Shown: one piece after another, positions 29,781 through 40,115 of the stretch
Position numbering within the stretch: position 1 is the first letter of the stretch
Layout of the letters: every line of letters starts with the position of its first letter
From: Patescibacteria group bacterium
Lineage (GTDB): Bacteria > Patescibacteriota > Minisyncoccia > 2-02-FULL-40-12 > GWA2-44-9
Assembly (NCBI GenBank): GCA_038061995.1
Contig: JBBTYA010000002.1
Location: 83,282 to 147,281, forward strand
Direction: 5' to 3'
DNA: 64,000 nucleotides
Notes under the pieces: generated by a model
What the model saw: the letters and a program-made list of their open reading frames with translations, nothing else
Told to the model about the DNA's origin: nothing
The model's database searches: none
Position numbers and translations under genes: made by a program

Positions 29781-31640
29781 ATGGTTATCCTTACGGTTAT
29801 TCCTCTCACGCGTATCCCCATCCAGGCGCCCGAAACGCTCTCCTATTTTTCACCGACGCCAGTACCTCGCGGATCGCTCGTAAAAATCCCTCTCGCGCGA
29901 CGCACGGTCAATGGGATCGTACTTGCCGTACACACCCTCTCTGAATCGCGCCAGCGTATTCGATCTGGGTCATTTTCTCCCAAAAAAATCATATCAGCAT
30001 ATGACGCCAATTCTCTCGTTAGTGACGGGGCGATCGCAATGGCAAAGTGGGTTGCCCAAACGGCATGCATCTCTCTCGCAACAGCATGCACTCTCCTTTT
30101 CCCCGATCTCTCTCGAGCACGTCCACGCACCTCGCTTCTCCCAAGCCTTCCCGATGCACCGAAGGCTTCACGAACAAAAGAATACGTCACATCGCTCGCA
30201 GAAGAATATGGAGTGCTCCAGCATATATGTGCATCACTGCCGAAGGGAGCGCAGGCGTGTATTATCGTCCCCGACAGTGAGTGGATTCCAGCATATGCTC
30301 AAGCGCTCGCCGCGCACTCTCCCATAGCGCTCTCTCAAAACATGGGAGCGAAAGCTCTCACCAACGCCCGAACAGCGGTTGCTGATGGAACTGCGCGCGT
30401 ACTCATAGGAACACGAAGTGCGCTTCTAGCGCCATTCACTCGCTGTGCGCACATTATTATTATTGATCCGCGCCATATCGGTCATTGGAGTGAGGGGTCT
30501 CCCCGACTACACGCAACAGCATTTGCACAATGGCTTGCGACACAATGGGGTGCCACGTATAGCGTCATCACTCCTTTTCCACTACTACAAGCAAAAACAG
30601 AAAGTACACAAACCTTTCTTGATCGATCGCATGCGCTTCATATCGTTGATATGGGCGCAGAGCGTGCTGCTGGGCACCAAAACCTCTACGCACGAAGTAT
30701 CGAGGATATATACAGAGTAGATCCTCACGGGCATACTCTTGTGTTCGCTACACGAAAAGGGTTTGCATCACTCTACACGTGTCGGCTCTGTGGCGCCTAT
30801 GCCGCATGCACAAACTGCGCCATTCCAATGCGCATTACCCGTGCATCGGAGCCTCCACAGCTCATGTGTTATCGCTGTACGCAATCGCGCCCCGCACCGG
30901 ATCGTTGTCCACGCTGTCACAAGGTATCGCTCTATGCTACTGGTACTGCAGGTATAGAAAAAATTGCAGCGCTAAGTGCTTTTCTTGCACCAGACATTCC
31001 TCTTTTCACTCTCGATGACTCCACGGCACACCCAGAGAAAGTACTGGCGCAGTTTCGAGAAGCGCCCGATGCAATACTTGTTGCCACCGCAAAACTCTTT
31101 CGATGGAAACACGGCACAACATTTCGACGCATCATCGTTCCCTCTTTTGACACGCTGACGCATCGCCCAGATTTTGCGAATGACGAGCTGAGCGCTGCAA
31201 CCATTGCATCACTGCGCGCATGGGAACCAGAAAGTATGCATGTGCAAACCTATGCGCCACACCATCCAGCACTCACAGCGCAATATGACGTACGCCAGTG
31301 GGTTGAATCTGAATTTCAAGCACGGAGCGCAACGGGATATCCGCCTACATGGCACCTCGTTGCGCTTACCGTTCGGGGAGCTTCGCCCGCACACGTGCAA
31401 ACCCATGCTCGCACCTGCGCAGAACTCCTTGCGCAAGCGATTCAACACCACAAACTCCAAGAGCGTATTACAGTACGCACACCAGTACCAGCACTCATAT
31501 TTAGAGATCGCGCCCAAACGGTGGGCGTCATACTGATTCGCACGAAAGAGGCTCATGATTTTGCGCAGATCGCACCACACGTACCACAGCCGTGGCGCGT
31601 CATTGCAAATCCCCCCTCTCTGGATGAAGCGTTGCTGTAA
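29781..31640 (+). CDS. priA: PriA-like primosomal protein with degenerate helicase motifs
   Basis: N-terminal 3'-DNA-binding-like region, GTRSAL, four CxxC, VQTY, YPP. Confidence 0.8.
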   Translation: MVILTVIPLTRIPIQAPETLSYFSPTPVPRGSLVKIPLARRTVNGIVLAVHTLSESRQRIRSGSFSPKKIISAYDANSLVSDGAIAMAKWVAQTACISLATACTLLFPDLSRARPRTSLLPSLPDAPKASRTKEYVTSLAEEYGVLQHICASLPKGAQACIIVPDSEWIPAYAQALAAHSPIALSQNMGAKALTNARTAVADGTARVLIGTRSALLAPFTRCAHIIIIDPRHIGHWSEGSPRLHATAFAQWLATQWGATYSVITPFPLLQAKTESTQTFLDRSHALHIVDMGAERAAGHQNLYARSIEDIYRVDPHGHTLVFATRKGFASLYTCRLCGAYAACTNCAIPMRITRASEPPQLMCYRCTQSRPAPDRCPRCHKVSLYATGTAGIEKIAALSAFLAPDIPLFTLDDSTAHPEKVLAQFREAPDAILVATAKLFRWKHGTTFRRIIVPSFDTLTHRPDFANDELSAATIASLRAWEPESMHVQTYAPHHPALTAQYDVRQWVESEFQARSATGYPPTWHLVALTVRGASPAHVQTHARTCAELLAQAIQHHKLQERITVRTPVPALIFRDRAQTVGVILIRTKEAHDFAQIAPHVPQPWRVIANPPSLDEALL

Positions 31641-31658
31641 GGCCCCACACTTGCTACT

Positions 31659-32141
31659 ATGGGCGCAATGGAAATCGTTACCATTCCACAAAAAATCCTC
31701 AAAGAACCTATGCCAGACGTCCCTGACGACTGGTTCGGTGGCGAACACCTTCTTTCACTCATCGCCGACATGCGCACCGCCATGCTTGCGGCAAGTGGCG
31801 TTGGCCTTGCGGCGAATCAAGTCGGACAACAACTCCGCCTCTTTGTGATTGACGCTGAGCTTGCTAAAGAACACGGCATCCCCGACGCATTCGCAAATCC
31901 AGAAATCACCGAGTACTCAAAAGACACTGACGTCTTAGAAGAGGGGTGCCTCTCTATCCCGGGCACGTATATACCCATCTTTAGAGCAAAGAAAGTTATG
32001 TTTAAAGGATACGACGCACAGGGAAAGAAATATAAATTTCGCGCACGAGGCTTTATCGCACGCGTCTTACAGCACGAAACAGATCACCTTAATGGCACCG
32101 TCATCGCTGACCGCGCAAAAGAGCAGAAAAAAGCACTATGA
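31659..32141 (+). CDS. def: peptide deformylase
   Basis: GVGLAANQVG, EGCLS, QHETDHLNG. Confidence 0.97.
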   Translation: MGAMEIVTIPQKILKEPMPDVPDDWFGGEHLLSLIADMRTAMLAASGVGLAANQVGQQLRLFVIDAELAKEHGIPDAFANPEITEYSKDTDVLEEGCLSIPGTYIPIFRAKKVMFKGYDAQGKKYKFRARGFIARVLQHETDHLNGTVIADRAKEQKKAL

Positions 32142-33082
32142 GCTATCGTATTCTTTTTTGGGGGACTCCGTCATTTGCGGTGCCTACCCTTCAAAAACTC
32201 ATTGAGTCAAAGGGGTATGAAGTGTGTGGTGTCATCACGGCGCCACCAAAGCATCAAGGGCGCTCAAAGATACTCACACCGACACCCGTTGCTGAAATCG
32301 CTGAACTACACCAGATACCTATTCACACGCCAACAACACTCAAAACAGCAGAGGCAGAGAAACTCATTCGTTCTCTTGAGCCAGATGTGTGTGTGGTTGT
32401 CGCATATGGCAAAATCATCCCCGAAGTACTCCTCTCTATCCCCCGTCATGGATTTATTAATGCGCACCCATCGAAGCTCCCTCTCTATCGTGGCCCTGCA
32501 CCGATTCAATACGCTATAAAAGATGGCGTCACCCAAAGCGCAATAAGCATCATGCGTATTGATGCAGAAATGGATCATGGCCCCGTTCTCTTACAGGAAC
32601 CGTTTTCCATAGCGCCGGACGAGTATTTCCCAGAAGTACTCCAGCGCGCAGCGCGAGAAAGTGCAGAGCTCATGCACGCGGCGCTGCTACAGCTTCAAGC
32701 AGGAACTGCGAAAGAAGCTCCCCAAGATCATGAGAAAGCGACCGCTACACACATCATCACACGAGAGACGGGACGCATCTCATGGGAACAATCAAGCGAT
32801 GCGCTCTATAACCATATCCGCGCGTTCGCTTCCGAGCCTGGAGCATGGACACTCTGGAACAACGAAGAGGTGCGTATTCATCGCGCGCACTCACTCCCCA
32901 TCCTCACGGGGAAAGGCGCTCCCGGCACCGTATATGCATATCAAGAGGGCTCATTCTTGGTCACCTGCGGCTCTGGCGTACTTGCGGTCGATACATTACA
33001 ACGTCCCGGCGGCACGCCCCTTCCTGCAACACTCTTTTTCAATGGGAATAAGAGCTTCTTCTCCGATGTCTTGGTATCTTGA
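32138..33082 (+). CDS. fmt: methionyl-tRNA formyltransferase
   Basis: GTPSFA, VVAYG, NAHPSKLPLYRGPAP, MDHGP. Confidence 0.96.
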   Translation: MSYRILFWGTPSFAVPTLQKLIESKGYEVCGVITAPPKHQGRSKILTPTPVAEIAELHQIPIHTPTTLKTAEAEKLIRSLEPDVCVVVAYGKIIPEVLLSIPRHGFINAHPSKLPLYRGPAPIQYAIKDGVTQSAISIMRIDAEMDHGPVLLQEPFSIAPDEYFPEVLQRAARESAELMHAALLQLQAGTAKEAPQDHEKATATHIITRETGRISWEQSSDALYNHIRAFASEPGAWTLWNNEEVRIHRAHSLPILTGKGAPGTVYAYQEGSFLVTCGSGVLAVDTLQRPGGTPLPATLFFNGNKSFFSDVLVS

Positions 33083-33134
33083 AAGAGGCGCTGAGATGTA
33101 GTACAATCGTCCGGCACAATAACTTACTGTACTT

Positions 33135-33707
33135 ATGTCACTTGGAGTAAACGACCTAAAACCGAAGATGTATTTCATTTACGAGGACCAGCCATATATG
33201 GTTCTCGAAACTCACCACCTTAAGATGCAACAGCGCCGCCCGGTGGTGCAAACTCGCATGCGCAACATCATCAACGGCAAAGTGCTCGAGCGTAACTTTG
33301 CGCAATCTGATGTATTTGAAGAAGCAGACGTACAGCGCAAGAAAGTGAAGTTTCTCTACAATCACCGCGATCAGTACTGGTTCACCGAAGAGACCAACGC
33401 TTCCCAGCGTTTTCAGCTCGCGCAAGAGATTATCGGCGCTGGCGTGCAATTCCTCAAAGCAAACACGACACTCGACGCTCTTATGTTTAACAGTGAGATC
33501 ATCAACGTAGAACTCCCCGTCAAAATGGACTTCACTGTTGTTGAGGCTCCTCCAGCAATCCGTGGCGATACGGCACAAGGCGGCGTAAAGCAAGTGAAAA
33601 TCGACACTGGCGCGATGATTAACGCCCCGCTCTTTATTGAAGAGGGTGATATCATCCGCGTAAACACTGAAACCGGTCAGTATGCTGAGCGCATGGGAAA
33701 GAAATAA
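33135..33707 (+). CDS. efp: elongation factor P
   Basis: PPAIRGDTA, APLFIEEGDIIRVNTETGQYAER. Confidence 0.95.
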   Translation: MSLGVNDLKPKMYFIYEDQPYMVLETHHLKMQQRRPVVQTRMRNIINGKVLERNFAQSDVFEEADVQRKKVKFLYNHRDQYWFTEETNASQRFQLAQEIIGAGVQFLKANTTLDALMFNSEIINVELPVKMDFTVVEAPPAIRGDTAQGGVKQVKIDTGAMINAPLFIEEGDIIRVNTETGQYAERMGKK

Positions 33708-33730
33708 TCTTCCCCATCAAGAGAATTGTG

Positions 33731-33763
33731 AAAACAGAGCCCCTCGCGGGCTCTGTACTTTTT
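33731..33763 (+). terminator. terminator after efp
   Basis: ACAGAGCCC/GGGCTCTGT plus T-tract. Confidence 0.75.
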
Positions 33764-33800
33764 CTATAAAAATGATATAGTAATTCTAAGGAGGTGCCTC

Positions 33801-34067
33801 ATGCGAGGTTACTGGAAGCTTTGGAAATCGTTCCCGGACTGGAAGCGTAGCTGTTGGCTTGGGATGGCTGGTAGTGCGCTTATCGCACTCGTCGCTACTT
33901 ATCTCTTCCTCTCGATGGAGATCCGTAGCCCAAAAGACTACGACTACGTCGCCGTCATCTGCACTGGGCTCTTGGGGGCTCTCTACATCTTCATGGCGAG
34001 CTACGACGCGTTACTCACCAACGAGAGGGCGGAAAGGATGCTCCGAGGCAACAAGGAGGAGAAGTGA
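33801..34067 (+). CDS. orphan 2-TM protein
   Basis: TAAGGAGGT SD; two hydrophobic segments. Confidence 0.65.
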   Translation: MRGYWKLWKSFPDWKRSCWLGMAGSALIALVATYLFLSMEIRSPKDYDYVAVICTGLLGALYIFMASYDALLTNERAERMLRGNKEEK

Positions 34068-34504
34068 TGCCAACAATCACATCGGAAGACATCGAGCGAG
34101 AGGACCGCAACGCAGAACAGCGGATGAGCTCGTCTTTGTGGGGTGGCCTCTTCACAGGAGCGACGGCGATGTTTGCTGCCGTTTTCCCATTGGATGTAGC
34201 GGCGAGTCTTTTCACCCACTACTACATGCCCCCAGAGCAGGCGCTTCTGCTACACGACATACTTCTCCCGGTCGCTTCTCTAGCATTAACCGCAGCACTT
34301 TGGCTCGCTTATGCCATCGCTTCGCCGCTACGAGTGGTTGCTCGTAAGGTGACCATGTGGGCATGCCTGAAGCGCTGGGGCGGGATGGAGCAAGACACGT
34401 TCGAAGCGGCTTACTGGGTGGGGGCTAGTGTCGCTTGTGGAGCTTCAATGCTTCTCGTCGTTACAGCGCACGTCCCTCTACTCACCCTCCAATTCTTGCG
34501 CTAG
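34064..34504 (+). CDS. orphan 3-TM protein
   Basis: AAGGAGG SD, overlaps the previous stop codon; terminator 34525-34559. Confidence 0.65.
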   Translation: MMPTITSEDIEREDRNAEQRMSSSLWGGLFTGATAMFAAVFPLDVAASLFTHYYMPPEQALLLHDILLPVASLALTAALWLAYAIASPLRVVARKVTMWACLKRWGGMEQDTFEAAYWVGASVACGASMLLVVTAHVPLLTLQFLR

Positions 34505-34557
34505 AACCACATTCCTAACGCATGAAAAGACCCACCAACATAACGGTGGGTTTTGTT

Positions 34558-35091
34558 TTATTTATGCCCGTGGACGAATGGCATAATACCGAGTGGTAAG
34601 AGTGCCCAGATAAAAAATGCTTCTGGTGTTCCAAAATACGGATGGAGAGCCGCGATGTGATCGGGCAACGCAGTAAATGGCACGAACCAGAGAAGGATGC
34701 TCAAAAGAAAGCCTACTTGTGCAACGCTTATAAGTAACACGTGTGCGAGCTTCATCTCACCCATAGATAACCGTGAACGTAATGATGTTCCTTGAAATAC
34801 AAAAAAAGTGCCGATATATGCAAGGAGAAAGAGCCCCGCACGTACCACGCCTGCATCTGTTGCCGCAACCCATGGAATACGCTCCAGTGTGCCCACGAAA
34901 GGAAACGCAGATGCCAGAGTAAACGCGATATAAATACTTAACAGCGAAACAATGGCACGCGTTTTTCCTACACTCATGCCGTACAGCGCAATGAGCGCCA
35001 CAAGTGCAATACCAAAAAGTTCTTGTGGGCCAGTGAGTGACTGAATATTGGCACCGATGTGCGAGAGATCAAACCGATCGAATACATCCAT
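34558..35091 (-). CDS. CPR-type membrane protein (CvpA-like)
   Basis: five hydrophobic segments; GK.RAIVSLLSIYIA pattern. Confidence 0.65.
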   Translation of the reverse strand: MDVFDRFDLSHIGANIQSLTGPQELFGIALVALIALYGMSVGKTRAIVSLLSIYIAFTLASAFPFVGTLERIPWVAATDAGVVRAGLFLLAYIGTFFVFQGTSLRSRLSMGEMKLAHVLLISVAQVGFLLSILLWFVPFTALPDHIAALHPYFGTPEAFFIWALLPLGIMPFVHGHK

Positions 35092-35126
35092 ACGGGTGCA
35101 GTGTAGCACGCCATATGCTTCTTTGT

Positions 35127-35933
35127 TTAGCGCTTGAGGGTGATAACTACATTACCGTGCGGTGCGCCCCGTGAACCGGCGTGGCCAAAACCAGGAAGCG
35201 CAATAGCGTACTCCCCCTCCAGTTTTTCTGGAATGTGAATCGCGACGGTTTTCTTTCCTCGCGTGCGGCCATCTCCAGCGCATGATTCACATTTCTTTTC
35301 TGGTGTTTCACCTTGCCCTTCGCATGCATTACACACACCCGTTTGTGCAAACACGCCAAAAGGAGTACGCACCTGTTGGCGCACCTGGCCTGAACCTTTA
35401 CACGTATCACACGACTTCATTTTTGATCCCGGTTGTATGCCGCTCGTATGACAGATATCACATGAAATAAATCCTTCAAAAGAGAACGTGCGCGTTTTAC
35501 CAAGATCTTTCTTTTCTACCTGTACTTGGAAATACATATCCTCTCCTTTTTGTGGACCGCGCGGTGCGCCACCAAAGCCACCGGCTCCCGAGAACATGCT
35601 AAAAATATCCTCAAATCCAAAACCTGATTGCTGTTGCTGACCCCCACCGCCACCGAAGAAATCCCAGAAGTTTGTGCCATCAAAACCAGCATGACCACCG
35701 CCTTGTTGCCCGCCTCCATATGATCCCTGCCCCGCAAAGCCAAAACGGTCATACTGAGCTCGCTTCTCTGTGTCAGAGAGCACTTGGTATGCCTCGTTTA
35801 CTTCTTTAAATTTTTCCGCGTCTCCCCCCTTTTTATCAGGGTGTAGTTTGTGCGCCAAAGCACGAAATGCTTTTTTGATTTCGTCAGCTGACGCAGAGCG
35901 TGAAACGCCTAAAATGCTATAGGGATCTTTCAT
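35127..35933 (-). CDS. dnaJ: chaperone DnaJ (C-terminally shortened)
   Basis: J domain with HPD, G/F-rich region, four CxxCxxxG repeats. Confidence 0.93.
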   Translation of the reverse strand: MKDPYSILGVSRSASADEIKKAFRALAHKLHPDKKGGDAEKFKEVNEAYQVLSDTEKRAQYDRFGFAGQGSYGGGQQGGGHAGFDGTNFWDFFGGGGGQQQQSGFGFEDIFSMFSGAGGFGGAPRGPQKGEDMYFQVQVEKKDLGKTRTFSFEGFISCDICHTSGIQPGSKMKSCDTCKGSGQVRQQVRTPFGVFAQTGVCNACEGQGETPEKKCESCAGDGRTRGKKTVAIHIPEKLEGEYAIALPGFGHAGSRGAPHGNVVITLKR

Positions 35934-35986
35934 AGTGGATAGATTATCCTTGTGGGAATACGGGGATCAGACATATACTATAGGGT

Positions 35987-36460
35987 ATGGATCATACGCT
36001 TCGCAAGACACTAATCGCACTCGGGGGAACTCTCGCTGTTGTTGCCGCAGGATGGTGGCTTCAAGACCAACCATTTTTTGTACAGATCTTCCGCGGCTTT
36101 GGTTCGCAGAGTCCGGTTGATATTTCGCAGGCGCCACCACAGACATTCTGCCTCCCTGCCACAGCAACTATTACCACTGGTGAAAACATTGCCCTTACTG
36201 CATCGGGTGGAAATCCGAACCTCTACGCGTGGCGCGCGCCACAGGGTACACCAGCAACAGGCAGTGGCGCCTCGTTTACCGTTCAGTTCGCAAGCCCTGG
36301 CCTCTACCCCGTTGTCCTCATCTCGGGTAGTCCCAGTGACCCTGTCGTTCCAGCACGCACTGATCGTTGTGATATTACTGTCCTTGGCAACGTATCGGAC
36401 CCCATTCCAACACCATCGCTATCTCCTTCACCCGAAGTCTCTCCAACGCCAACGCCCTAA
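35987..36460 (+). CDS. membrane-anchored PKD/Ig-like protein with P/S/T tail
   Basis: N-terminal TM; YAW..F.V.F.SPG.Y.V pattern; PTPSLSPSPEVSPTPTP. Confidence 0.65.
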   Translation: MDHTLRKTLIALGGTLAVVAAGWWLQDQPFFVQIFRGFGSQSPVDISQAPPQTFCLPATATITTGENIALTASGGNPNLYAWRAPQGTPATGSGASFTVQFASPGLYPVVLISGSPSDPVVPARTDRCDITVLGNVSDPIPTPSLSPSPEVSPTPTP

Positions 36461-37236
36461 CGTAAGGCGTACTTTTGTCTCTCCACCGTTTCAGTACGCA
36501 GCTCAACAACATGCATTTTCTGCATGAGCCAGAGCATTCCTGAACCAATAAGTGTACCGAGGAATGAGAAGATTGGCTTAATGCTCACCAAGACGGCAAA
36601 GAGCGTGAGCGTCAGTACAATCGGAATATATTTTGCAAAGGGCGCTGAGAGTGCGTTAATTGTAGAGATAGTCTGCTCTGCAATCTGCTCCTCAACTGCT
36701 TTTCTCTGAAAGAATGGGAGTCGTTCGAGTTCACTTCCCACAACAGCGCTCACCATTTTTTGAATCATACCTACTGCGCTATCCGGGACGATGCCATTTC
36801 CTGCGCGATCCTGAACCGCGGGAGCCATAAGATACGCAAGCGATGCGGCAACGAAAAGTGCGGTCACAATTTTCCCCATACCACGACCGTGATCCGCATG
36901 GATGCTGATGTCGCGAGCACCCAGCGTGAGCAAGAGGAGCGATGCAACCATTGCTCCGGCATATACAAGACTTACGGGCAGCACCATCACAAGCGGCGCA
37001 AGCACCGCACATGACACTCCTAAGCGCCATCGCCAATCCGCGACAAGAAGATAAGCAACGCCTGCGGTTGCTGCGAGCACAACCGCAACCGCCAACACCG
37101 GCGCCCACATGAAAGGATCAGAAAGCGTTTGCGCATTAGGGCCAAGCCACGTTCGGGCCGTACCCCAAAGCGCAGACGCAACAAAAAGTACCAACACTAC
37201 CAATCCCCACTCTTTTCGTATATCCACAGTTTCCAT
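36457..37236 (-). CDS. polytopic membrane protein
   Basis: 259-aa ORF with about six TMs. Confidence 0.7.
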   Translation of the reverse strand: METVDIRKEWGLVVLVLFVASALWGTARTWLGPNAQTLSDPFMWAPVLAVAVVLAATAGVAYLLVADWRWRLGVSCAVLAPLVMVLPVSLVYAGAMVASLLLLTLGARDISIHADHGRGMGKIVTALFVAASLAYLMAPAVQDRAGNGIVPDSAVGMIQKMVSAVVGSELERLPFFQRKAVEEQIAEQTISTINALSAPFAKYIPIVLTLTLFAVLVSIKPIFSFLGTLIGSGMLWLMQKMHVVELRTETVERQKYALR

Positions 37237-37284
37237 AGTGCATTATTCTACCACGGAATTACTATACTCACAGAGGAGGTGCGG

Positions 37285-37587
37285 ATGCCCGAAGGCCCGC
37301 AACGAAGGAAGCTTGCGTGTGGCTGGTGTCACGTCTGTCACAAGCGACGATACCGCGGCCGAGAAGCGGCGTGGGTCGTTGCGCGGTGGCGTGATGGTGA
37401 TCCCAACCGATCCGACGGCGGCAGGATCCACGCTTACTTTGATCCGAAGTGCCGGTCGTGGCACATCGGACACATCGTAGCCGGTGGTCAGCCTGCTCGC
37501 TCGCAAGAGTCGAAGAATCCCCGTCCCCCGCTCGTGAAGCGCCCGCACTCCGGTCGCCCCGTGCGCCAGAGCTCGCGCTTCTACTGA
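37285..37587 (+). CDS. orphan basic Cys/His (Zn-finger-like) protein
   Basis: GAGGAGGT SD; C..CHKRRY..A..AY..PKC.SWHIGH; terminator 37601-37635. Confidence 0.65.
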   Translation: MPEGPQRRKLACGWCHVCHKRRYRGREAAWVVARWRDGDPNRSDGGRIHAYFDPKCRSWHIGHIVAGGQPARSQESKNPRPPLVKRPHSGRPVRQSSRFY

Positions 37588-37639
37588 CACCTCTCTCTTC
37601 CCCCGACAGGAATTTCCTGTCGGGGTCTTCTCTTTATAA

Positions 37640-39511
37640 TTACTTCTGCTCTTCCGCTGGCTTCTCCTCTTTCATCTCTTCTTTTGGTTGCTCAGGAGTT
37701 GCTTGTGCCTGTTGCTGCTGATACATCGCCTGACCTACTTTCTGCACAGCTGTTGAGAGTTCCTCTACTGCTTTTTTGAGCACCTCGAGATTATCACCGT
37801 CTTTCACATGCTTCACGCTGGCTATCTTTTCTTCAACCGCCTTTTTGTCATCAGCGTTCACTTTTTCGCCAGCATCTTTGAGTGTTTTCTCTGAAGAGTA
37901 GACAAGCATCTCTGCGGCATTGCGAGCGTCTACGAGCTCTTTCTTCTTTGCGTCCTCTGCCGCGAAACGCTCTGCGTCTTCTACCATGCGCTTTTTCTCA
38001 TCGTCGGTCAGACCAGATGAGCCCTCAATGTGAACAGATTGTTCCTTGTTCGTTGCCTTGTCTTTTGCCTTTACGTGCAGGATACCGTTTGCATCAATGT
38101 CGAACGTCACCTCAACCTGTGGAACTCCACGTGGAGCTGGCGGGATGCCATCTAAGATGAAACGTCCAAGTGTCTTATTGTCTGCAGCCATAGGACGCTC
38201 ACCTTGTAACACATGGATCTCTACAGAAGGTTGATTGTCTGCTGCGGTTGAGAACACCTGTGTGCGAGCAACGGGAACGGTAGTATTCTTCTCGATCATT
38301 TTCGTCATCACCGCACCCATAGTCTCGATACCGAGAGAGAGCGGCGTGACATCGAGCAAGAGCACATCTTTTACATCGCCACGCATAATGCCGCCTTGGA
38401 TGGCTGCGCCGATAGCGACCACTTCATCGGGGTTAATGTCTTTGTGAGGTTCTTTCCCGAAGAGAGTGCGCACCGCCTCTACAATTGCTGGCATGCGCGT
38501 TTGACCACCCACCATCACTACTTCGTGGATATCCGAGAGCGCAAAGCCCGCCTCTTTTACCGCATCTTTCGTGAGATGAACGGAACGCTCAATCAGATCT
38601 TGCACAAGACTTTCAAGCTTTGCTCGCGTGAATGTCATTGTGAAGTGTTTAGGACCACTGGCATCTGCGGTAAGAAATGGAATATTCACTTCTGCTTGAG
38701 GCGTACTTGAAAGCTCGTGTTTCGCCTTTTCTGCAGCATCTTTCAAGCGCTGAAGTGCCATTTGGTCTTTCGAGATGTCGATCCCCTGCTCCTTTTGGAA
38801 TTCATCAATGAAGAAGTGGATGATACGTTGGTCAAGATCGTCGCCACCCAAGTGTGTATCACCACCGGTTGCCTTTACTTCAATCGTGTCTTCTGACACT
38901 TCCAGTACTGATACATCGAACGTGCCACCGCCAAAGTCGTAGACAACGATCTTCTCATCTTTCTTTTTGTTAAAACCATATGCAAGCGCTGCTGCGGTTG
39001 GCTCGTTAATGACGCGCTGAACAGTCAGCCCTGCGATTTCACCAGCATCTTTCGTTGCTTGACGTTGTGCGTCGTCAAAGTATGCAGGGACAGTAATAAT
39101 CGCTTCGGTGATTTTCTGACCGAGACGGCTCTCTGCATCTGCTTTAAGCTTCTGGAGAATCATCGCTGAGATTTCAGCAGGCTTGTACCACTTCTCTCCC
39201 ATGAGCACCTCAACGGAATCATTGGAACCCTGACGAATTTGGTATGGGAGAAGCTTCATATCACGCTGCACTTCAGCGTCAGAGAAGCGGCGACCGATAA
39301 GACGCTTAATAGAGTAGAGCGTGTGTTGCGGATTCGTCACCGCTTGGCGCTTTGCCGTAACACCCGCATAGCGTTCTGTTCCCTTCATGGCAATAATAGA
39401 GGGCGTTGTGCGCATGCCTTCCGCGTTTTCTAAAACGCGGGGCTGGCCAGCCTCAACAATTGCCATCGCTGAATTTGTTGTTCCTAAATCAATTCCAAGA
39501 ATTTTTGTCAT
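37640..39511 (-). CDS. dnaK: chaperone DnaK
   Basis: [32 protein letters not shown]. Confidence 0.98.
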   Translation of the reverse strand: MTKILGIDLGTTNSAMAIVEAGQPRVLENAEGMRTTPSIIAMKGTERYAGVTAKRQAVTNPQHTLYSIKRLIGRRFSDAEVQRDMKLLPYQIRQGSNDSVEVLMGEKWYKPAEISAMILQKLKADAESRLGQKITEAIITVPAYFDDAQRQATKDAGEIAGLTVQRVINEPTAAALAYGFNKKKDEKIVVYDFGGGTFDVSVLEVSEDTIEVKATGGDTHLGGDDLDQRIIHFFIDEFQKEQGIDISKDQMALQRLKDAAEKAKHELSSTPQAEVNIPFLTADASGPKHFTMTFTRAKLESLVQDLIERSVHLTKDAVKEAGFALSDIHEVVMVGGQTRMPAIVEAVRTLFGKEPHKDINPDEVVAIGAAIQGGIMRGDVKDVLLLDVTPLSLGIETMGAVMTKMIEKNTTVPVARTQVFSTAADNQPSVEIHVLQGERPMAADNKTLGRFILDGIPPAPRGVPQVEVTFDIDANGILHVKAKDKATNKEQSVHIEGSSGLTDDEKKRMVEDAERFAAEDAKKKELVDARNAAEMLVYSSEKTLKDAGEKVNADDKKAVEEKIASVKHVKDGDNLEVLKKAVEELSTAVQKVGQAMYQQQQAQATPEQPKEEMKEEKPAEEQK

Positions 39512-39590
39512 AAATTATTTTTGATATCGTACATGCCACAACCGACACATCCGAAGAGCTTCTCAAAGGAGGGGTTGGTTGAGGAATGTT

Positions 39591-40109
39591 TCACGATGAT
39601 GCTTCAGTTGTTTCTTTCTGCTGTAAGAACGACCCAACACGAACCTGCGCAGGACGAAGGACTCGGCCGTGCATGGTATATCCCATGCGAAGGCACGCCG
39701 TCACGATCCCATCACGTTCGGCGGTAGGAACGCTGTCTGTTCCAATGGCCTCATGAAGCGCTGGATCAAAAGCCACATCGCGTGTTGCAATTTCTGCAAC
39801 GCCGTGACGAGTAAATACTGCGCGCATTTGATCCTTCACAAGTACAATTCCCTTTGCCCAATCCGCATACTGCTCATGCACCGACGCGGGTATGTGCGCA
39901 ATGAGAGCCTCAAGAGAGTCAATAATCTCAAGCAAGTCTCCCACAACACGCTCACCGGCGCGCTCAGTCATCTCGAGTGCTCGACGCGATTCATCCTTCC
40001 TATAATTGATGAAGTCGGCGTGTGCACGAGCAAGTTGACCTTTAAGCTCAACAATGTGGTCTTCTTCTGTGCGCTCTTCTGGTGCCTGTGTATCGTTGGT
40101 AGTAGTCAT
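39591..40109 (-). CDS. grpE: nucleotide exchange factor GrpE
   Basis: ADFINYRK, FDPALHEAI, GY...GRVLRPAQVRV. Confidence 0.95.
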   Translation of the reverse strand: MTTTNDTQAPEERTEEDHIVELKGQLARAHADFINYRKDESRRALEMTERAGERVVGDLLEIIDSLEALIAHIPASVHEQYADWAKGIVLVKDQMRAVFTRHGVAEIATRDVAFDPALHEAIGTDSVPTAERDGIVTACLRMGYTMHGRVLRPAQVRVGSFLQQKETTEASS

Positions 40110-40115
40110 AAGGTA

